A stretch of DNA of 64,000 nucleotides from Acidobacteriota bacterium (GTDB lineage: Bacteria; Acidobacteriota; Vicinamibacteria; Vicinamibacterales; CAVVIG01): contig JACPZW010000074.1 in assembly GCA_016195265.1 (NCBI GenBank), positions 29,651 to 93,650 of the forward strand, written 5' to 3'. Below, piece after piece: positions 59,229 through 64,000 of this stretch. Positions within the stretch are counted from its first letter, which is position 1. Every line of letters begins with the position of its first letter. Under the pieces are notes generated by a model. It saw nothing but the letters and a program-made list of their open reading frames with translations, ran no database searches and had not been told where the DNA came from. Made by a program: the position numbers and the translations under genes.

Positions 59229-60812
59229 ATGATGCGCCGGATGATGACGACGGCGGCGGCGGTCGCGATGCTGACGGGCGTGGTGGGCCTGCGCGCCGAT
59301 GCGAAACGGTGGTGGTCGCACGTCGAAGCGCTCGCCAGTGACGGCATGGAAGGCCGCAACACCGGCAGTCCCGGCCACACCCGCGCCGCCGACTACGTCG
59401 CCGCGCAGTTCAAGAGCGACGGCCTCGAGCCGGCCGGTGCCGGCGGGTACATCCAGCCGGTCGCCTTCAAGACGCGGACGATCGTCGAGGCGAGATCGAG
59501 CCTCGCGCTCGTGAGGAGCGGCAAGACCGAAACGCTGACGCTTGGCGAGGACGCGAACATCAGCGTGCGCGTCGATCCTGCTCCATCGGTTGACGCGCCG
59601 CTGGTGTTCGTCGGCTACGGCCTGAACATTCCCGAGCGCAACATCAACGACTTCGCCGGGGTCTCGCTCACGGGCGCGATGGTCGTCTATGTCTCGTCGA
59701 CGCCGCGATCGCTTCCGGGCCCGCTGCAGGCGCACTTTGGATCGGCCGCCGAGCGCTGGAAGATGTACAAGGCCGCGGGCGCGATCGGCACGATCAGCAT
59801 TGCCAACCCGAAGAGCATGGACATTCCGTGGGCGCGCTCCACGCTCGCGCGTCTCGCGCCGGCCATGTCGCTCGCGGATCCGGCGCTCGACGACGCGCCG
59901 GGGCAGCAGTTGTCGGTGACGTGGAATCCCGCACACGCGGACAAGCTCCTCGCCGGCTCCGGTCACACGTTTCAGGAAATGCTCGATCTCGTCGACGCCG
60001 GCAAACCGGTCCCGTCCTTCGCGCTGCCGGCGCGGCTGAAGGCGACGACGACGGTCGAGCGCGCGGACGTCGTGTCGCAGAACGTGGCCGGCATCCTGCG
60101 CGGTGCCGACCCCGCGCGTCGCAACGAATTCGTCGTCGTGTCGGCGCACCTCGATCATCTCGGCACCGGCGGCGCGGTGAAGGGCGACACCATCTACAAC
60201 GGCGCGATGGACAACGCATCCGGGATCGCGGCGATTCTCGAGGTGGCCGCGTCGCTCCACGAATCGGGCGTCAGGCCGGCGCGATCGATTCTGTTCGTCG
60301 CAGTCACCGGCGAGGAGAAGGGCGAGCTCGGATCGCGTTACTTCGCCGCGCACCCGACGGTGCCGCGCGCGAGCATGGTCGCCAACGTCAACACGGACAT
60401 GTTCCTGCCGCTCTTCCCGCTGAAGACGCTCATGGTGCTCGGGCTCGACGAATCCGATCTCGGCCAGGACATTCGTGCAACGGCGAAGCAGCTCGGGCTG
60501 AGCGTCCAGGCGGATCCCGAGCCGCAGCGCAACCGGTTCGTGCGCAGCGATCAGTACAGCTTCGTCAAGGCGGGGATTCCGGCGCTGGCGATGAAGGTCG
60601 GCTACGAGGCGAACACGCCAGAGGCCGCGACGGCGGCGAAGTGGACCGCCGAGCGGTACCACGCGCCGTCGGACGACCTGACGCAGCCGATCGACCTCTC
60701 GGCCGCCGAGAAATACGTCGACGTCGTGCGCACGGTCGCCGTCCGCATCGCGAATCGCGCGGATCGGCCGAAGTGGAACGACGCGAGCTTCTTCAAGCGC
60801 TTCGCGCAGTAA
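59229..60812 (+). CDS. M28 family metallopeptidase with PA domain, secreted
   Basis: Start MMRRMMTTAAAVAMLTG with GGAGG upstream. It has HLDHLG and GAMDNASG metal-ligand motifs. Confidence 0.85.
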   Translation: MMRRMMTTAAAVAMLTGVVGLRADAKRWWSHVEALASDGMEGRNTGSPGHTRAADYVAAQFKSDGLEPAGAGGYIQPVAFKTRTIVEARSSLALVRSGKTETLTLGEDANISVRVDPAPSVDAPLVFVGYGLNIPERNINDFAGVSLTGAMVVYVSSTPRSLPGPLQAHFGSAAERWKMYKAAGAIGTISIANPKSMDIPWARSTLARLAPAMSLADPALDDAPGQQLSVTWNPAHADKLLAGSGHTFQEMLDLVDAGKPVPSFALPARLKATTTVERADVVSQNVAGILRGADPARRNEFVVVSAHLDHLGTGGAVKGDTIYNGAMDNASGIAAILEVAASLHESGVRPARSILFVAVTGEEKGELGSRYFAAHPTVPRASMVANVNTDMFLPLFPLKTLMVLGLDESDLGQDIRATAKQLGLSVQADPEPQRNRFVRSDQYSFVKAGIPALAMKVGYEANTPEAATAAKWTAERYHAPSDDLTQPIDLSAAEKYVDVVRTVAVRIANRADRPKWNDASFFKRFAQ

Positions 60813-61536
60813 TCGCGTCGCGCACGAGCGCGAGCAGCGCGACGCACGCCGTGTCGGTCCGCAAGGTGCGGGCGCCCATGCCGATCGCCTGAAAACCGCG
60901 GGCCTCGATCAGGCGCATCTCGAAGTTATTCCAGCCGCCCTCGGGTCCGATCGCGATCAGGACGCGGCGATCGTTCACGTCACCCAGCGCCGCAGCCACT
61001 GAACTCGTCGCAGACGGATCGGCCACGATCCTGAGGCTGTTGCCGGCAAGGCCATCCAGCTCGTCCTCGACGAACACCTTGAACTGGCGGTGAATGGACA
61101 CCTCGGGCAGCCGCGTGTCGCGCGCCTGCTGGAGGCCCTCAATCAGCAACAGGCGGTAGCACTCGGGCGTCACGACGTGCGTGTCGAAATAGTTGCGCTC
61201 GACCCGCTCGGCGTTCGTCAGCATGATGCGTCCGACGCCGAGCGCGGCGAGCTGCGCCCACAGGCGCCGCAGCACTTTCGGCCGCGGCAGCGCGAGCAAC
61301 AGATCCACCGACGGCCGCGGCGGCACGCTCGCATCGAAGACGCAGCGAAGCGCGACCGCCCCGCCGCCGATGGACTGGACCGTGCCCACGCCGAACGGAC
61401 CGTCGAGCATGCCGACGCGGACGGTCTGCCCCGGCGAGACGCTGAGGACGTTCAACAGGTGCGCGGCGCGCGCGCCCGAAAGGCTCACGTCGCCGGACGC
61501 ATCCACTTCAGCCGCTTCGAGCAGGATGAGATTCAA
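60793..61536 (-). CDS. rsmE: 16S rRNA (uracil1498-N3)-methyltransferase RsmE
   Basis: PUA-like N-terminus, and LLLALPRPK...IGPEGGW...LRTDTA motifs. The proposed TTG start gives about 247 aa. The track ORF start 61797 overlaps the M48 gene. Confidence 0.8.
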   Translation of the reverse strand: MNLILLEAAEVDASGDVSLSGARAAHLLNVLSVSPGQTVRVGMLDGPFGVGTVQSIGGGAVALRCVFDASVPPRPSVDLLLALPRPKVLRRLWAQLAALGVGRIMLTNAERVERNYFDTHVVTPECYRLLLIEGLQQARDTRLPEVSIHRQFKVFVEDELDGLAGNSLRIVADPSATSSVAAALGDVNDRRVLIAIGPEGGWNNFEMRLIEARGFQAIGMGARTLRTDTACVALLALVRDAITARSA

Positions 61537-61546
61537 TCGGCGCGCT

Positions 61547-62857
61547 TCATCGCTTGAAGACGTCGCCGTAGACGAGCGGCTGGCCGCTGCGCCAGGGGTG
61601 ATAGTCGTTGGCGAAGTCGATGCGCTCGCCGAGCGGCGGATGGCTCTCGCGCCAGATCTTGTAGAGCAGGCCCGGCCGCGGCACACCGAGGACGTCGGTC
61701 TGCAGCTTGACGAACGCCGCCGCCGCGCTGTGATTCGTCTGCGTGATTTCGAGCCCGAACCGGTCGGCCTCGTGCTCGACGTGCCGCGTGAACGCATTTT
61801 CGAACGGCGTGGTCACGAACGAGAAGACGCCGGTCAGCGCCAGGAGTAACGGCAGCGACGCGATGTCGCTGAGGCTGGCGAAGCCGAACCGCGCGCTGTA
61901 CCGCGCGAGCACGGCGCCTGCGGTCCTGTAGGCCACGTAGAACGACAGCATGATCGTGAAGGAGGACAGCGCGATCAGCTGCCACGTGTGGCCGAGCGCG
62001 TAATGCCCCATTTCGTGGCCCATCACGAACATCAGTTCGCGCTCGTTCATCCGCCGGATGATGGTGTCCCAGAGCACGATGCGCTTCGTGCCGAACATGC
62101 CGGCGACGTAGGCGTTGAGCGTCTTCGTGTCCACGCTCTTGTTCACCTGGAACACGCGGCTGCCGTCGATGCCCGCGCGATCGGCGAGCGCGAGGATGCG
62201 CGTCTCCAGCGCCTTGTCCTGCATCGGCTCGAACCTGTTGAACAGCGGCGCGATCCAGATCGGCGCGATGAGATTGCCGGCGATGATGAACGGAATCAGG
62301 GCGACCGCCGAATACAGCCACCAACGAGTCGGGCTCTTCCGCAGCAGCAGGTACGGCACCCAGATCACCAGCGGCCCGATGACGCACGCGACGCCGAGCG
62401 ACGTCAGCGTGTCCGTCCACCATTTCTGCAGCGTCTGGTTCGATAATCCGTACGCATGCTGGCGGACGAACTCGACGTAGTACGCGCGCGGCAGATCGAC
62501 AACCGACGTGATGATCGTGAAGAGGATGAAGTAGACGGCGAGCGTGAAGAACCACTTGCGGCCGATGCGCTGCGACCAGTCGCGCAGCCGCGCCGAGAGC
62601 CCGGTCGCCAGAAGGACGATCAGGATCAGAAACGACCACGCCTGCTCGACGGCCCACAGAATGTTGCCGCTCGCGTGATACTGAAGCGCCTTCTCGGTCG
62701 GCGGAGGCACCTCGACCGGCTGCGTCTCGTCAACAGCCGCGCTCGCCGCCGCGGCAGGCTGCTCCGGCGCCTGATCGGCCGACGTGACCGCCTCAGAAGA
62801 GCTGACGGTGAGGACCAATGACAACAGCAGCGTTGGCAGCATGATGCGATTACTCAA
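61547..62857 (-). CDS. M48 family (Ste24/HtpX-like) integral membrane zinc metallopeptidase
   Basis: Multiple TM segments and the HExxH motif in VMGHEMGHYALGH. Confidence 0.85.
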   Translation of the reverse strand: MSNRIMLPTLLLSLVLTVSSSEAVTSADQAPEQPAAAASAAVDETQPVEVPPPTEKALQYHASGNILWAVEQAWSFLILIVLLATGLSARLRDWSQRIGRKWFFTLAVYFILFTIITSVVDLPRAYYVEFVRQHAYGLSNQTLQKWWTDTLTSLGVACVIGPLVIWVPYLLLRKSPTRWWLYSAVALIPFIIAGNLIAPIWIAPLFNRFEPMQDKALETRILALADRAGIDGSRVFQVNKSVDTKTLNAYVAGMFGTKRIVLWDTIIRRMNERELMFVMGHEMGHYALGHTWQLIALSSFTIMLSFYVAYRTAGAVLARYSARFGFASLSDIASLPLLLALTGVFSFVTTPFENAFTRHVEHEADRFGLEITQTNHSAAAAFVKLQTDVLGVPRPGLLYKIWRESHPPLGERIDFANDYHPWRSGQPLVYGDVFKR

Positions 62858-62882
62858 TTACCCAACTACTCAACTCCCCAAT

Positions 62883-63734
62883 TCATTTCTTCTCGATTGG
62901 CAGGTCGTCCCGGTTCCCCCACTCCTCCCAGGCGCCGTAGTAGTTCCTGAGCTTGTCGTACCCGATGAGGTGAAGGGCGAACAGATCGACTGACGCGCGC
63001 ATGCCGACCTGGCAGTAGGCGATCACTTCCTGCGACGGCACAATCCCGCGGTCCTCGTAGATCTTCCTGATCTCGTCCGCGGGCTTGAACGTCTTCGCCT
63101 GCGGATCGAGCAGATCCTCCCAGTACACCGGCGTGGAGGATTTGATGAAGCCGCCGCGCTTGATGCCGCGCAGATCCTTGCCGTCGATCTCGTTCTGCGT
63201 CCGCGCATCGACGATCCTGATGCCCGGCTTCTCGATGGCCGCGACGACGTCGCTCGCGGTCGCGATCCATTTCGGCTGTGGCGTCGCGGTGAACCGCCCC
63301 GCCGGCACGGGCGTCGTCTCCGACGTTATCTGAGTGGTCGGCCGATGCTCGGCGCTCCACTTGGTCCAGCCGCCGTTCATCAGCGCCACGTTCGAGTGGC
63401 CGAAGTAGTTGAGGATCCACCACAGCCGCGCCGCGTAGATGCCGCCGCGTTCGTCGTAGACGACCACGCGCGTCGAGTTGGAGATGCCGAGCTTCGCCAT
63501 CATCGCCTCGAACACCGCCTGCGTCGGCAGGAACGTCGGCGGCGCCTGGCCGTCGCGAATGGCGACGGGCGACAACCAGACCGCGCCGGGCACGTGACCG
63601 GCGGCAAATCCGCTCTGCCGCATGTCAACGATACGAACGTGGCCGTCCGCGGCGTGCGCCGCGACCCAGTCCGTGTCCACGAGTTGGTCCGGGTGCGCGT
63701 ACGTCACGGCCAGCAGGGCGATCATCGCAATCAT
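62883..63734 (-). CDS. tandem-rhodanese sulfurtransferase (thiosulfate/3-mercaptopyruvate sulfurtransferase-like)
   Basis: Two rhodanese halves, with the active-site loop YCQVGMRAS in the C-terminal domain. Confidence 0.85.
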   Translation of the reverse strand: MIAMIALLAVTYAHPDQLVDTDWVAAHAADGHVRIVDMRQSGFAAGHVPGAVWLSPVAIRDGQAPPTFLPTQAVFEAMMAKLGISNSTRVVVYDERGGIYAARLWWILNYFGHSNVALMNGGWTKWSAEHRPTTQITSETTPVPAGRFTATPQPKWIATASDVVAAIEKPGIRIVDARTQNEIDGKDLRGIKRGGFIKSSTPVYWEDLLDPQAKTFKPADEIRKIYEDRGIVPSQEVIAYCQVGMRASVDLFALHLIGYDKLRNYYGAWEEWGNRDDLPIEKK

Positions 63735-63784
63735 GCGCGAAGTTTAACCCACACGGTTGCGTTTCCCGATACAGTGTGAGGTTC

Positions 63785-64000
63785 ATGCCTCCCCTGTCGG
63801 GCGTCTCCGTGCTCGTCGCGGGCGCCGGTCTCGCCGGCCTCGCGGCCGCGCGCGACCTCACCGCGCGTGGCGCGAGCGTGACGGTCGTGGACGCGCACGA
63901 TCGGGTCGGCGGACGCGTCTGGACCGTCCGCGACGGCTTCGCGCAGGACCAGTACGCCGAGGGCGGCGGCGACATGATCGACGAGGCGCAGCACGAGATC
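63785..64000 (+). CDS. flavin-containing amine oxidase family protein (5' partial, runs off the window)
   Basis: Hand translation gives MPPLSGVSVLVAGAGLAGLAAARDLTARGASVTVVDAHDRVGGRVWT..., i.e. a GxGxxG motif plus RVGGR. There is no stop before the window end. Confidence 0.7.
   Translation, partial: MPPLSGVSVLVAGAGLAGLAAARDLTARGASVTVVDAHDRVGGRVWTVRDGFAQDQYAEGGGDMIDEAQHEI

Overview
This is a very GC-rich bacterial chromosomal window, densely coded on both strands. The frequent CarboxypepD_reg/TonB-type outer-membrane barrels and the secreted peptidases suggest a soil Acidobacteriota-like organism, but that is inference only. I support about 60 protein genes, one initiator tRNA-Met, several pseudogene remnants and many intergenic repeats. 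I saw no rRNA, CRISPR array, transposase, integrase or phage genes. Many long ORFs in the supplied track are antisense 'shadow' ORFs typical of high-GC DNA, or spurious N-terminal extensions; I re-derived starts by hand where possible.

Main result: positions 33.6-53.4 kb hold a contiguous, heavily translationally coupled cluster that combines two gene sets.
- A 2-aminoethylphosphonate-type pathway: PEP-mutase-like protein fused to a nucleotidyltransferase, a two-subunit phosphonopyruvate-decarboxylase-like enzyme, a PhnW-like transaminase and a second LicC-like nucleotidyltransferase.
- A bacterial ceramide-type gene set: a serine-palmitoyltransferase-like alpha-oxoamine synthase, two ACPs, a fatty acyl-AMP ligase, KAS II, an SDR reductase, a GNAT-like acyltransferase, a DEGS-like sphingolipid desaturase and a sphingomyelin-synthase-like PAP2_C transferase.
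- Two paralogous outer-membrane plug-barrel proteins, each placed at the end of a phosphonate operon.

I interpret this as a candidate sphingophosphonolipid (ceramide-aminoethylphosphonate-like) synthesis and export system. One caveat is that the mutase lacks the canonical EDK-X5-NS PepM signature (it reads EDN-X5-CS).

Other notable features:
- A PQQ alcohol dehydrogenase with the lanthanide-type D-Y-D signature.
- A gene-decay patch at 27.9-31.3 kb with a kinase pseudogene plus DNA polymerase III alpha and DinB remnants, interleaved with intact toxin-antitoxin pairs.
- A nested palindromic repeat family.
- Numerous 7-nt-period tandem tracts at gene boundaries.

Every functional call rests on motif recognition by eye. 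I could run no database search.
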